Source: Hypanus sabinus (lineage: Eukaryota). Taken from it: 64,000 nucleotides of DNA. How positions within the stretch are numbered: position 1 is the first letter of the stretch; each line of letters begins with the position of its first letter. The notes under the pieces are model-generated. The model was given only the letters and a program-made list of their open reading frames with translations, was not told where the DNA came from and searched no databases. The position numbers and the translations under genes are program-made. This document shows, piece by piece, positions 1 to 13,775 of this stretch. The stretch is from contig NC_082713.1 in assembly GCF_030144855.1 (NCBI RefSeq), positions 21,576,001 through 21,640,000 of the forward strand, in the 5' to 3' direction.

Positions 1-120
1 TTCAAAAGAACCCTGAAAGGGAAAAATAAAGATATTAAAGATAGAAATAAAGCTGTTTCTGAAAATGCAAGCAAAGGAGTCACCATTAGGCGCCATCATC
101 CTTCCTAAGCTCCGCCTCCG
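1..120 (-). mobile_element. 5' end of a ~780-bp non-autonomous retroelement (copy 1, cut by the window edge)
   Basis: The reverse complement (GGAGGCGGAGCTTAGG...GACTCCTTTGCTT...CCCTTTCAGGGTTCTTTTGAA) aligns by eye with the starts of the copies at 3568 and 21850. Confidence 0.75.
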
Positions 121-1170
121 TCAACCTAATATATTGCATTTCTGTGTCTGAAATTGGGCTAAGTCCCTCCATCTCTACGGCAGAGGCAAATGAGCCACAG
201 ATCTACCAATATTGAATAAAAGAGGCCAATTTTTGAATTATTTTAACAGCTTCCATATGAGCATTATTTAAAACATTTGAAAACCCACATTAGCGCAAAT
301 AGGGAACTATATATATGCATGTAAAAACTTAGATTTCTCAATCACATTGTAGCCTCAAGATATTTTTTTGGCAAAATCTTTCCAGCATTTCAGTGTGCAG
401 ACTTTCAAAGGCAGGTAATTAAGGAACATTTTTTACTTGAATCAAAAATTTGGTATATTATGTTTGGATCAGGTGGGATTTGGGAAATGAAATGTTTCAT
501 GGAATCCAGAGTTATGCTTGGATTAGGAGTATGCATCCCTGGAGTTGACTAGAAGCTTGTGTGAACCCATAGTGTGATGTCTTGGATTTGGCAGCAACGT
601 TTCAGACCTGGCTCATGCAGATCAGCCCAAATTAAATCCATCAGAATTTCTACAAAATATTGAAGTAACTATCCTTAAATCAATAATTTGAAAACAATCA
701 AACTTAAACTGTGAGCTGAAGACTTAAGTCTTGCTTCAAGGCCTGTTGTTGAGAGAGACTGTCTCAAGCAAGATGCTGGGTGATTTGAGTGAAAGCACAG
801 CCTGTGAGGGTGAGCTGGATCTAGTTATGCACAGTGAGGCTTTTTTCGCATGCAAGTGTTCACATTTCATGGCTGCTGTGCAACTGTGAGAAGTGGAGAG
901 CTGGGAGAACAGAGGGAGACAAGGCCTGGCAAGGCAATTGTGCAAACTGAGATCTGAGGCAGTGGGAAAAATACAAACATTAGGAATGTTGAGAACTACA
1001 ACAGCACATTTGGTTTTGACTGTCTACCTTAGATAACCAAGTTTCCATAACCTTTTGCTTTCCTGTCCAGCTGTAGATGGCTCTGTAACAGCAATTATGT
1101 CAAATGTTATTATTCTTTAGTACTGCAGGAAGCAGTTTTTGAAGGTTTGTTAAAGAAAGGCTTTACCATA

Positions 1171-1432
1171 GGGCATCATGTTAGCAGCTTGGAGCATCGA
1201 AGTTCAGAGTTCAATTCTGGTGCATTCTGTAAAGAGTCTCCTCCTTATGTCCTCCCTATGGAATGTATGGACTTTCCCTAGGTATTCTGGTTTCCTCCTG
1301 CTGTCCAAAAACATACCAGGTAGGTTAATTGGTAATTGTAAATTGTCCTGCGATTAATTTAGGTTTAATTGGGGCAGCATGGCTTGAAGGGTTGATAGGC
1401 CTACTTACCGCAGTATTGCTAAAATAAATATA
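1171..1432 (+). mobile_element. tRNA-derived V-SINE (HE1-like)
   Basis: B-box-like GAGTTCAATTC; V-domain GGTTTCCTCC...TCCAAA...GGTTAATTGGTAATTGTAAATTGTCC; A-rich tail. Confidence 0.7.
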
Positions 1433-1449
1433 TGTAAAAATTAAATTCA

Positions 1450-1670
1450 GATCTGGTTGCCTCACTATAGGAAGGATGTGGAAACCATAGAAAGGGTGCA
1501 GAGGAGATTTACAAGGGTGTTGCCTGGATTGGGGAGCATGCCTTTTGAGAATAGGTTGAGTGAACTCGGCCTTTTCTCCTTGGAGCAATGGAGGATGAGA
1601 GGTAACCTGGTAGAGGTGTGTAAGATGATGAGAGGCATTGAACATGTGGATAGTCAGAGGCTTTTTCCTA
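1450..1670 (+). mobile_element. CR1 LINE ORF2 C-terminal fragment
   Basis: PHYRKDVETIERVQRRFTRVLPGL...RLSELGLFSLEQWRMRGNL is the typical CR1 RT C-terminus. Confidence 0.85.
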
Positions 1671-1854
1671 AATTAGTTTCTAAATTAGGCATCCCTCTCG
1701 ACCTAGATTGTGTGAGCTGAAACACAGGGGTGCAGTTCAATGGCACTTGCTTTACACTATTTGTATCAAATCAAATCAGCAAGGATTGTGCTGAGCAGCT
1801 TGCAAAAATTGCCCTGCTTCTGACACCAACATTGCATGCCCACAGCAAGTACCT

Positions 1855-2628
1855 GCCTAGCCCTCCGATCAGGGTCACATGAAGCCATGGGTGCAGGTGG
1901 TGTATGGTCGTATGAGCTGCTGGTGCATATCACAAGTCCTGGTTATGCGACCATTGACGCTAGGCAGACGATCTCTGAAGAGATTGGGAAATGGCTGGGG
2001 TCACCCGTTTGTAAAGACACGGCCCAGGGGAAAGCAATGGCAAAGCACTTCTGCAGAAAAATTTGCCAAGAACAATTGTGGTCATGAAAAAAGTCCATGA
2101 TCACCTATGTTTGCTGTTGTGTGCTGGGGCAGCAGGCTGAGGGTAGCAGACATCAACAGAATCAAAAAACTCATTCGTAAGGCCAGTGATGTTGTGGGTG
2201 TGGAACTGGACTCTCTGACGGTGGTGTCTGAAAAGAGGATGCTGTCCACGTTGCATGCCATTTTGGACAATGACTCCCATCCACTCCATAATGTACTGGT
2301 TAGGCACAGGAGTACATTCAGCCAGAGACTCATTCCACCGAGATGCAACACTGAGTGTCATAGGAAGTCATTCCTACCTGTGGCCAACAAACTTTACAAC
2401 TCCTCCCTCGGAGTGTCAGACACCCTGAGCCAATAGGCTGGTCCTGGACTTATTTCACTTGGCATGATTAACTTATTATTATTTAATTATTTATGGGTTT
2501 ATATTGCTATATTTCTTCACTATTCTTGGTTGGTGCGGTTGTAACGAAACCCAATTTCCCTCGGGATCAATAAAGTATGTCTGTCTGTCTGTCTGTCTGT
2601 CTGTTATGTGACATGGCACATAACGAAC
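1855..2628 (+). mobile_element. RTE/BovB-tail SINE-like element, interrupted by a Rex1 insertion
   Basis: GCAATGGCAAAGCACTTCTGCAGAAAAATTTGCCAAGAA resembles the RTE/BovB-type 3' motif; the host sequence resumes at ~2604 after a TATGT duplication. Confidence 0.5.
2107..2603 (+). mobile_element. Rex1/Babar LINE, 5'-truncated 3' end
   Basis: ORF FAVVCWGS...LHAILDNDSHPLH...RLIPPRCNTECHRKSFLP; tail CCCTCGGGATCAATAAAGTA(TGTC)n. Confidence 0.85.
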
Positions 2629-3567
2629 AGACTTGTAGCTGGACTACAAAGCATTAAGTGAGACAGTAAGAAGGATTATCAGATCAGTGACCTCAGGGCT
2701 TTCAAAAACCATTAAGACTATGAGGGGGAGGGAGAAATATGCCTCCCATGAAGGATCATTGAGCTGAATTGTCAATTCTGCTTCTCTCTCCATAGATGAT
2801 GCCTGACATGCTGAATATTCCCGCATTTTCCGTTTTTAATTCCAACATCTCTAGCTTGTGCTCTTTGACTTTTCTCCTATCCTGACTGCCTTGATACAGT
2901 GAGGATGAAGCAGTAGCTTTGTGATCCTGTGATTATGCAGAAAAAGGAAGAGACATAGGAACAGATTTAAGGTTTAGGCTTCATGCTGTGCATGAAGATG
3001 ATGCTATTGTTGGTATTTATAAATTGAATATCTTTCAATACCCACGAATAACAACATGAGAGAAAGAGTCTGCCTGTCTCCTAACAAAAGGACACTAATC
3101 TCCTGAGCTGTATACTTATTCAGCTGTGTAATACAGTGTTTATAAAATATCTTTATTGACATTGGAAACAAGTTAAAGGCTCCCAGGGATAATTTCAATG
3201 TAATCAAGCTAAGCTGAATCATCTGAAAGGAAGAAACAGATAGTGTCTGTGAACCAATTCAGTTAATACAGAACTTGTAATGAGATTAAAGGGTCTTAAA
3301 TTAAGACCAGGCAGAAAAGGGTCTGATACTGTTCCATAAAATGTATTTGTGGTTTCAATAAATGGCAGACATCTACACTGGCAACCCAAACCAACAGCAT
3401 CAAATGGCATTCCAAAAACCCTTCAATTATAAAAGAACCAGAGGTGAGTCCATCACGATTAGATTTTGTGTGAGGTTTTGTTGTGAGTCACTGGGGAATT
3501 TTTCAGAACCATTTGTAGCAAATGGACCCCAATTTACTATCAACAAACTCATCAGGAATCACTGGAA

Positions 3568-3995
3568 TGGAGGGCGAAGCTTATGGTGATGGTGATAACA
3601 ATGACTCCTTTGCTTTCATCTTCGGAAACAGCACTATTTCTATATTTAATGTCTCTTTTTTTTTCCTTTCAGGGTTCTTTTGAAGACCCTGACCTGGAGT
3701 TACATGCACACTTTGGTTCTTTTTGAGAATGGCACCCGCTCTTAGGGCCTCACAAGCGGCTGCTTTTCGATATACCAAGGACGTGGCGTGAAAGACTAGT
3801 GTGCCTTCAGGATGGCGGATTTTCGTGTCTCTGGAGGCGGGTGGACTCGGGGCCGGTGCCTCCTCAGAAAACTGGGGTGTTATGAGAGTACATGGAAGAA
3901 AAGCGAAGCAAAAGACTTTTAACACCATGAATTGGAGAGTTGTTTTGTTATGTCTCCCCTCTCACTGTGAAACAGGACACCTCTTTTTCCCTTAT

Positions 3996-4030
<35 letters not shown>

Positions 4031-4347
4031 TGTGGTATTTTGAATTACTGGGTGAATGAGTAGTCTTTGGGAGTACTGCAAATCTGTGTCTTTATTGATG
4101 CTTTGCTGCACGCTTGAGTGCTCGGTGGGGATTGCTGATTTTTGCTGGTGGGGGGGATCGTTACTTTGCTGTGGGAGGGAGGAGCTTGGGGGGGACTTTG
4201 GGGACCTAACATTTAACTGTCTTTCATTCTCTGGGGCACACCGCTGTTTTCATGGATGTTTGTGAGTAAAAAGCATTTCAGGATGTATATTGTATACATT
4301 TCTCTGACATTAAATGTACCTATTGAAACTTATTGAAACCTATTGAA
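3568..4347 (+). mobile_element. ~780-bp non-autonomous retroelement (copy 2)
   Basis: Colinear with 21850-22648; internal (GA)n at ~3997-4028; ends ACATTAAATGTAC(CTATTGAAA)x3; no credible ORF. Confidence 0.75.
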
Positions 4348-4391
4348 TAACCCTCAGCTCATTTCGTACAACCTTTTTTTATGATAATATA

Positions 4392-4770
4392 CATGTCATG
4401 GCCACTTTATTAGGTACACCTACTTGTTAATGCAAATATCTAGTCAGCCTGTCATGTCACTGCAACTCAGTAAATAAAAGCATGCAGACATGATCAAGAG
4501 GTTCAGTTGTTGTTCAGATCAGAACACCAGAATGAGGATGAAATCTGATGTAAGTGACTTTGACCATGAAATGATTGCTTGTGCTAGACAGGGTGGTTTG
4601 GATTTGTCAGAAACCACTGATCTCCTGGGACTTTCACACACAACTGTCTCTAGAGTTTATAAAGAATGGTGCAAAAAATTTAAAAACAAATGCAAAGGGT
4701 CAAAATGCCTTGTTACCGAAAAAGGTTGGAGGAGAATGGTCAGATTGGTTCAAGCTAAAGGGAACTCAAT
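4392..4770 (+). mobile_element. Non-autonomous Tc1 derivative with transposase N-terminal HTH only (right end missing)
   Basis: TIR-like GGCCACTTTATTAGGTACA; translation SDFDHEMIACARQGGLDLSETTDLLGLSHTTVSRVYKEW. Confidence 0.8.
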
Positions 4771-4874
4771 GGCCATTTTATTTAGTCTGCTTTAAGCAGA
4801 AAAAAATCGATAATTTTTTTACTAAATGATGGGTTCATATATTTTCTTGTCCATCAAGCCTTGAAAAAATAGTA

Positions 4875-5855
4875 GGTGTGTCTGCAGGGGCAGTGCTCTG
4901 TTCTGGATGTCAGATGTGGGATTTCCAGGAAACTTTCAGCCTCCCCGATGGCCACATCTGCTCCATAGGGAACGTGCTATGGAACTGGAGCTGCAGTTCA
5001 ATGACCTTCAGCTCGCTAGGGTAAATAAGGAGGTGATAGACAGGAGTTACAGGGAGGTAGTCATCCCAAAGCTACAGGAGATAGTTTAATGGGTGACTGT
5101 CAAGAGAAGGAAGGGATAACGTCAGATAGTGGAGAGCACTGCTGTGTCTGCCCCCCTCAACAATAAATACTCCATTTTGAGTACATTTATGGGGGAGCGA
5201 CCTACCTGGAGGAAGCAACCCTGGCTGTGCCTCTGGCACTGAGTCTGGCTCTGAAGGGTCGGAACTGGAGAGGATGGCAGCAGTAATAGGGGGCTCTATT
5301 ATAATTAGGGGGACAGATAAGTGATTCTGTAGATGCTAAAAGGAAACACAGTTGTTAGTTTGCCTCCCAGGCACCAGGGTCTGTGATGTTTCTAAATGTG
5401 TCCACAATATCCTGAAAAGGGAAGGTGAGCAACCAGAAGTTATGGTGTGTATTGATACCAATGACACAGATAGCAAAAGTCCTTAAAAAGAATACACGGA
5501 GTAAGGAAGGAAGTTGAGAGGCAGGACCTCAAGGGTAGTAATCTCAGGATTACTGCCTGTGCCATGCGACAGTGAGAATGGGGTGGCAGATAAATATGTG
5601 GCTGAAAAACTGGAGTGAGAGGCAGGGATTCATGGGACTTCTGGATTATTGGGAACCATTCTGGGGCCAGTGTGACCTGTACAAAAGGGATGGGTTGCAC
5701 TTGAATCTGAAAGGGACCAATATCCTTGCAGGCAGGATTGCTAGTGGTTTGGGAGTGGTTTAATTTAATATGACAGGGGATGGGAACCAGGATGATAGAG
5801 CTGAGGATGAGCCAGAGGGTTTACAAGTAGATGATGGGTGTAACATGAATGTAAG
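4875..5855 (+). mobile_element. CR1 LINE ORF1 remnant (SGNH/esterase domain), degenerate
   Basis: Motifs CLPG, GEQPEV..IDTND, VVISGLLPVP and LYKRDGLHLNLKGTNILAGR across frameshifts. Confidence 0.8.
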
Positions 5856-6347
5856 TGTAGCCTCCGTGCCCTAGTTGACCCACGTTCGCAGAGGGTAAAC
5901 TGCCGTCGCCCCACCAGTAGTGCAACACTTCCGTGCAAATGCGGTGTAATGCTCCCCCAGTTCACGCTCACAAGACAAATACCAGACAATACCCAAAAGT
6001 GAGTTAAATAACTTTATAGTGATTTCTTAGTGATGGGTTAGTAAAAACAGATAACCTAAAGGCACCAAAGTAATAATCAGTTTGTTAGTTTGTGCACATA
6101 CTTTAATACGTTGGAGCTCATGCCTCCGGTTCCCTTCCACAACGACCTTCCGAGCCTTTGGCCACCATCCAAACTGCCGACGTCCAGTATCCGTCGCTCT
6201 GAAACCGCTGCCCGCTCCACACACGTCCGTCCTCCTCGCTCTCCTCCCAAAAAAGACGGCGAGTTCACTAAGTTCACCGCATCTTGGTGAAGTCCCATTG
6301 AACTGGGGCCGCACGATATTCCTTCATGACCGTCTCTGCAGCTGACA
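5856..6347. mobile_element. CpG-rich LTR-like insertion, unclassified
   Basis: Starts TGTAGC and ends CTGACA; abruptly truncates the CR1 ORF1; high CpG density; no TSD found. Confidence 0.35.
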
Positions 6348-7689
6348 TTGAAAATTATTCCACTTCTTAAGTCTCATTTCACTCTTTTGAAACCCTTATC
6401 AGTTTAACATTCTCTCTTTACCCTGCAGCTCTTTCTGAACATTGTCCCAATCTTTCACTCTCTGTTCTGTCTAAAGTCATAACAGACTGCACTAGAAATG
6501 TTCACAAAACAAACAGCGGCTTCCTTTGCTATCTTTTTGCAACCAGTGAAATAATCTTCCAAGGATCCAACTTCAGCCTTCTCTTCCTTATCCATTAATC
6601 TTCATTGATTCCTCACTAAATGTCTCCATTTCTTACTGCTTCTTGATTGCATCTGTTCAGTCAAATTTCAGCCAACACAATAGAACCATTTGTTGCAACA
6701 GTGACGAATGTACATTAGACTTTGGCAGCACTCACCACAACATTCTCTTCCAACTCACTCTCAATGTTCTCTGGCAATGAGGAAATTACCCTGCTTGGTT
6801 TCAATCCTAGCTACCTGATTGTAGCCAGAAGAAATCCAAAAGTGGTTGTGGCTTCTGCCCCCTTGCTTTTCCATCCTGATGAAGGATCTTGGCACAAAAT
6901 GTTGACTGCTTATTCTCCTCCTTATATGCTGCCTGTCTTTTTAAATTCCTCAAATATTTTGTGTGTTGTTCCGAATCTAATAATGGCTTCACTTTGCTTC
7001 TGTACTCAGAAGAACATTGTAGACATGTTATATTGGCACTGGAATATGTGCCAACACTTGCCAACTGCTCCAGTACTTACTTTGATAACACAAATGACAC
7101 ATTTCACTATGTTTTGATGTACATGTGTTAAATAAATCTGGATCTGGATCTGGTGGAATCACCTAAATATGCAGGTTTGGCCTTCTCTTTCTTCATCTCG
7201 GCTAACCACAGACACGAGGATACCTCCCACAGGCACACTATTGAGTCCTTCCTTAATATTTCTTGCACTTTTCACTGCTTTTTTCAGTCACTGCCTTTTC
7301 CCCGTGCTAAGGTTGTTGAAAATTAGAAGGCAATAGTTTAAGATGAGAAGGGAAAGATTTAAAGGGAAGCTGAGAGACAAACTATTTACACAGAAGTTCA
7401 ATGTCGAGTTTAACTATACAGATGAAGCCAGCTGAAGAAAACATTGTTCCTCTGGGCCAAGGTGTGAAGCAGCACATATACAGTTGCACACATACATACA
7501 GTCACAAAATAATATTCTCACAAGTCCCTGTGTGGCATTGCTTGAAGATTGATAGGTTGACATAGAGTGTGGGGTGCATGTTTATGTAAGACAGTATAAT
7601 TTTACAGACATTATTATAGTAAAACGAACAGGCAGTAGTATATATACGTGAATCTGCAGCAATAAAAGATGAAAAAGCATGCAGCTCAG

Positions 7690-9860
7690 ACAGGGTGAAG
7701 GCTGATAACTAAAAACCTGTGCTGATCAACTGGCTGAGTGTTCATCAATATCTTTAACCTTTCGCTTCTGCAGACTGAGGTACCACCTACTTCAAGCAGG
7801 CTTCCATTATACTGTGACTTAGAAAAATGTGGTAAACTGCCTTAATTACTATCATCCAGTAGCACTTACATCCAGTGTGATAAAGTCCTTTGAGAGATTG
7901 GAGATGAATTCCTGTCTCATAAGAGAATTTTGGACAGGTACATGGAGCTTAGAAAAGTAGAGGGCTATGGGTAAGCCTAGTAATTTCTAAGGCAGGGCAT
8001 GTTCAGCACAACTTCGTGGGCTGAGGGGCCTGTATTGTGCTGTAGGTTTTCTATGTTTCTATGAGAGGTGACTTGGATCCACTCTAATTTGCCCACTCAA
8101 CAGCAGATGTCATTCACTGGCTCTTCACTCAATCCTGGAACATCTGAACATCAAAGGTGCATACATCAGGATGCTCTTTATTGATTACAGCTCAGCACTC
8201 AATGCCATCATCCCCTCAAAACTAATTAATAGGTTTTAAGACCTTGGCTTCAATACTCCTTCTGCGACTGGATCTTCGATTTCCTCACTCACAAACCCCA
8301 GTCAGTTCAGTTTGGCAACATCTCCTCAGCACAGGTGCACCTCCTAAACTGTGTGCTTAGCTCCAGCTCTTTTGTTTTATACTGATGACTGTGAGGCTAA
8401 GCACTGCGCCAATGCCATATTTAAGTTTGCTGATGACCCCAAAGGTTGGAATCAAAGGTGGTGATGAATCAGCATATAGGAAGAAGATTCAAAATCTAGC
8501 TGAGTGGTGCCATAAGAACAACTTTTCATTCAATGTCAGCAAGACCACAGGGCTGATGATTGACTTCTAGAGGAGGAAACGGAAGGTCCATGAGCCGGGT
8601 CTCACTGGGGGATCAGAGACAGAGAGGGTCAGCAACTTTAAATTTAGAATTTATTTAAATCTTACATCCATCCCACCTCTTGAGGGAGTTAAAATCTTTG
8701 CATTATGACTCAGTTGCAATATACAGACATGTGAATTTAAAAGTCTAACGCATTGTAGAATGAAGCTGTCCTGTAGCCTATTGGTCCTGGTCTTCATGCT
8801 GCGGCAGCGTTTGCCAGACGGAAGCAGCTGAAACAGTTTGTGGTTGGGGTGAACAGTGTCCCCCATGAACTTCCAGGCCATCTTACTGGACCCGCTGCTG
8901 CAAATGTCCTCAGTGGAGGGTAGTTCACACCCACAGACTGGACATCCACAGCCCATCTACAGGCTGTCCGTACCACTTTCTGCAGTGCCCAGCAATCAAG
9001 GTTGGTGCGGTTCCCGTACCAGGCAGTGATACAGCCAGTCAGTGTGCTCTCAGTGGTGCCCCTGTAGAAGGTATTGAGGATCTGGGGGCCCATGCTGAAC
9101 TTCTTCAGTTTGTTGAGACGGTGTTGTGTTTTTTTTCCGCAAAGCCAGTGTGTACAGTCCAGGTGCGATCATCGGCGATGTGTATACCGAGAAACTTGAA
9201 ACTACTCACCCTCTCAACTGCAGACCCTTGGCTGTTGATGAGGCCAAGCCTGTCTCAGTTCCTCCGCAATCAGCTCTTTTGTTTTTTGGACATTGAGGTT
9301 GTTATGACACAAGTTGCTATTCTGGAACCACTGTATCAGGGTGTCAACCTCTCCTCTGTAGGCGGTCTCATTACCACTAGAAATAAGACTGATTCAAAGT
9401 CGTGTCATCTGTGAATTTGATCAGCAGAGATTGGAGCTGTGGCAGTACAGTCAGGGGTGTAAAGGGAGTAGAGGAGGAGATTCAGAACACAACCCTAGGG
9501 GCACCTATGTTGAGGGTTAGAGGGTCAGAGATGAAGGAGTCCATCCTTACCACCTATCAGTGTATGCCTTGTTGTTATCAATTTCAGAGGATTTGTCCTG
9601 GGTCCAGCATGTAAGTGCTATTACACAGAAAGCACAGCATTACCTCTACTTTCTTAGAAGATTGTGAAAATATGGCATGTCATCTTTGACAATCTTCTGT
9701 AGATGTGTGGTGGAGAGTCTACTAACCAATTGCATAATGTCCTAGTATGGAAACACAAATGTCCTTAAATGACAAAGGCTACAAAAGAATTGGATAAGGC
9801 CCAGTTGATCATGGGTAAAACCCCCTCCACCACACACAGGAAAGCAGCATCCATCATCAA
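7690..9860 (+). mobile_element. Rex1/Babar-type LINE RT remnant, fragmented by later insertions
   Basis: LKTCADQLA..., NCLNYYHPVALTS, IRMLFIDYSSA and KFADD motifs; interrupted by a CR1 tail (~7915-8062) and opposite-strand Rex pieces (~8650-9560). Confidence 0.75.
8650..9420 (-). mobile_element. Rex1/Babar-type LINE 3' fragment
   Basis: Minus-strand ORFs FYRGTTESTLTGCITAWYGN and HPNHKLFQLLPSGKRCRSMKTRTNRLQDSF. Confidence 0.8.
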
Positions 9861-9864
9861 GGAT

Positions 9865-10272
9865 CTTTTTCCCTTGGAGCGACGGCGGATGAGAGGTCAC
9901 CTGATGGAGGTATATAATATGATGAGAGGCATTGATCATGTGGATAGCCAGAGGCTTTTTCCCAGGGCTGAAATGGCTAACACGAGAGGGGACAGTTTTA
10001 AGGTGCTTGGAAGCAGACACAGAGGAGATGTCAGGGGTAAGTTTTTTACGCAGGGAGTGGTGAGTGTGTGGAATGGGCTGCCGGCAACGGTGGTGGAGGC
10101 GGATACGATAGGGTCTTTTAAGAGACTCCTGGATAGGTACATTGAGCTTAGAAAAGTAGAGGGCTATGGGTAACACTAGGTAACTTCTAAAGTAAGTACA
10201 TGTTCTGCACAGTTTTGTGGGCTGAACGGCCTGTATTGTGCTGCAGGTTTTCGACGTTTCTATGTTTTTATG
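9865..10272 (+). mobile_element. CR1 LINE 3' end (relatively young)
   Basis: LERRRMRGHL...NTRGDSFKV...FFTQGVVSVWNGLP; tail GGGCTGAACGGCCTGTATTGTGCTG followed by (TTTCTATG)-like repeats. Confidence 0.85.
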
Positions 10273-11304
10273 TTTTCCGTGGGGTTTACTCTCTAAGCCT
10301 TCCCCACAGTGGGTACAGCTGCAAAGTAGTAGAGGTTTGACTACCCTGTTCTCTTTCTCTAAGATAAGCTGCCAACCACGGCTGACAAGCCCCATCTGCC
10401 CAAAACTCAAACACATAAATGTTATATAACTTAAATACTTAAATTAAAAACTATAACTCAGTGAATTTAGCCTCAGTATTATTGACTTTTTATAGGACAT
10501 CTAAAATAGAAAAATCAGAAAATGCTGCAATTATTCAGCAGGTCAGGCCACAGATTTAATGTTTCAGGTTGAAGATCTTTCAAGGTTCAAGCTGTGAGTA
10601 AATTTTCATTTAAATTTTATGCAGCTGAGCTTTTGACCTCCCACTACAATGATTATGTCATTATGCCTTGCCAGCTCTTTGATGTTATCCATTTAACTAC
10701 AAATAGATATTATCGCAGGCCAATATTTCCTTTTCAAGTGCATTTCTATCCTTTTTTGTAAGTTAACTGAGTCTCCTTCCTCTAATTTTTAAGAGTGCCC
10801 TATCAAAAGCAACCTTATCTCACCTCCACTTTGCTTTGTCAATTGTTTTCTAAAGTACTGCATAAATACAAATCCCTGCTGTTTGTTGACACTGTCTTGG
10901 TATAGGCTTGGGATGTCTCGGTACTGGTTTACTAAAACTAACAATGAGAATTATGCACACATTAATTTCTGAAACACCGCTGAGTTAATGATTATTTTTG
11001 AAATATACATTTGTTAACTGAATTGCTGCCTCAGTCGTACATGTCATGCCTGGTGATTCTTCTCATGAAATTTGTTTTTTTTAAATTTAAACAAAAATAG
11101 CCAAAGATCAACTAAGGTAACCAGAAACAGGGGAAACTAAGATGCAGCCAGATATTTTTGTCATGCAAAAAAGGTTTGGCAGGATCAGTTCTCTTTGGTT
11201 ATCCATGTGAAAAGCGTAGACATGGCTGTATTATTTCTAAATGAAATGGCTGTTATGGAAAACCAATTGTACTTTTCCTAATACTTAGTATACTTTGCAG
11301 ATGC

Positions 11305-11590
11305 ATTTATTTATTTATTATTGAGATACAGTATAGAATAAGCCCTTCCAGCACTTCATACCCCTTCGCTCATCAAACCCTCAATTTAATCCTAGCCTAA
11401 TCATGAGACAATTTACAATGATCAATCAACCTTCCAACCGTTACGTTGCTGGGCTGTGGAGGGAAACTGGGGTACCCAGAGGAAACCCACGTGGTCACAG
11501 GGGTACCTATGAACTCCTTACAGACAGCAGTGGGAACTGGGCCTCTGTACTGTATAGTGTTGTGCTAACCACTACACCAGCATCCGCCCT
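11305..11590 (-). mobile_element. V-SINE (HE1-like)
   Basis: Reverse complement of the V-domain (GACAATTTACAATGA...GGAGGGAAACTGG...GAGGAAACCCAC) and of a tRNA-like head. Confidence 0.7.
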
Positions 11591-11939
11591 TGAAGGTAAT
11601 CCATGTATTTTTTTAAATCTCAGAGCATTCAATTAAAAGGTCTTGACTTGAAAAGCTGACTGTCTATTTCCTTTCACGGAGGCTGCCTGACCTGCTGAGT
11701 TCTTCTAGCTGCTCAGTTTTTTGCTCCAGATTCCAGCATCTGCAGTCTGTTACGAATCTCAGGTGGTTGATAGCCAACTGGAGTCATTATTGCAATATGT
11801 GAGACAACTTGCCGACAGAAAGTTTCCACAAATACCAATGAATTGATGAGTAAAACATTTCTGGGTCTTAATTTGCAGATCACTATTGGATGACATGGTT
11901 GGATTGGAGCCAATGACATAAATTGTTCCTTAAGCCAGA

Positions 11940-13775
11940 CAGGGACGTGACAAATAGAGCATCTAGGCCAATTTAGACAGGCACCAATTTAGAGAGGTGA
12001 CAAGGACATTCTTTCTAAATGAAATTGATATTCTCAGTTATATTAACAGTCAGAGAGTGACTAGGGAGAGACGAGGTTTTTCTTAATGACCATCAGGGCC
12101 ACCTATCCATGGAGTCAAAGGAGATAGGTAAGATTTTTAAAGTCTAATTTTCCTCAGAGAATATAATGGATGCCAAAGAAATAAAGGTCATAAGTCTAGG
12201 AATATTAGCACTTTATGAAAAAGGAGTTACTTGCAGCCTTAAAGCACATTAGGATAGGAAAAATTTGGAGTCTGGGCAAATGCACCACTGAACCATTTTG
12301 GGAAGCCAGGGAAGAAATCATGGAAGCTCATGCAGAGATGCTTCTTTCATTGCTATCCATTGGTGAAGTTCCAGAAGACTAAAAGGTGGTTAGTGTGGTT
12401 CCATTGTTCAAGAAAGGTAGCAAGGATAGGCCAGTGAACTACAGCCTAGTAAGCCTGAAGGTTACTGGAGGGATTTCTGAAAGACAAGATTTACCATCAC
12501 CTGGATAGTGAAGGGCTGATCAGGAATAATTAGCATGGCCTTGTTCATGGGAGGTCACACCTGATGGATCTTTTGGAGTATCTTCAAGAGGTAACCAAAA
12601 GGATAGATGAAGCTATGGCAGCAAACATTGTCCATATGGACATTAGTAGGATGTTTGAAATGTTCCAAATGACAAGCCGATCTGGAAGGTTAGGTAACAT
12701 AGGATCGGGGAGAACTAGCAAAGTGAATTCAGAATTGGCCCAGTAACAGGAAGCAGAGGGTGATGGTTGAAGGTCGATTCTCTGACTGGATGCCTGTAAC
12801 TAATGGGGTGCCCTAAGGACTAGAGTGCCAGAATCTCTATTTTTTTATATGAGCGATTTGGATGTGAAAGTACATAGAACAATTGATAAGTTTGCTGATG
12901 ATGTGATATTAAAGGGTTTGATAGTGAGGCAGGTTTCAATGAATTACAAAGTGACCTTGATTGGTTAGGGAGATGGGCTGAGGAATAGCAAATAGATTTC
13001 AGCATCAATGGGTGTGAGGTGTTGCATTTTAGATAGTCAGACCAAGCTAGGAACTGTACAGTGAATGGTAGTGTTGTGGAAACGTCGACTGTACTTCTTC
13101 CTATAGACACTGCCTGGCCTGCTGCATTCCACCAGCATTTTATGTGTGTTACTTGGATTTCCAGCATCTGCAGATTTCCTCGTGTTTGAGGTTTAGAAGC
13201 ATGGTCAATATGTTGCGGTTATGCAATCATTAGCTCACCTGAAATATTGTGTCCAGCTTTGGCCACCCTGTTGTAGGAAAGACTTTGTCAAGCTGGAGAA
13301 GATGCAGAAGAGATTTACAAGGATGCTGACTGGACTAGAGGACCTGAGTTATGGGGAGATGTTGGTCATGCTGGATCTTTATATCCTTAAACACAGGAGA
13401 ATGAGGAATGACCTCATAGATGTTTATACAATCATGAAGGGTACAGATAAATGGGTGATCACAGACTTTTTCCCAGGATTGGGGAGTCCAAAACTAGATG
13501 GTGCAGATATCAGAGGGGGAGATTTAAAAGAGGTGTGAGAGGTAACTTCCATACATATAAGGTAGTGACTACCTGGAATGAGCTGCCTGAGGAAGTGGTC
13601 AAGGCATTTTCCATGAAAAATTTAACGTGCTCTTTTATACATATGTGGAGGAGAGGGGCTTGGGGGATTATGGCCAAAGAAGGACAATCAGGACTAGCAT
13701 GGAGGATGTTATGGTCAGCATGGACTAGTTGGGAAAAAGGGGCCAAGTTCTGTGCTGTATTACTCAATGATCCTG
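11940..13775 (+). mobile_element. CR1 LINE ORF2 remnant (~1.8 kb), with a Penelope-terminus insert at ~13078-13190
   Basis: GEVPED..V..VVPLFKKG.K..P.NY..VSL, KFADD and LKYCVQLWPP...MQKRFTRM motifs; many stop codons. Confidence 0.85.
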
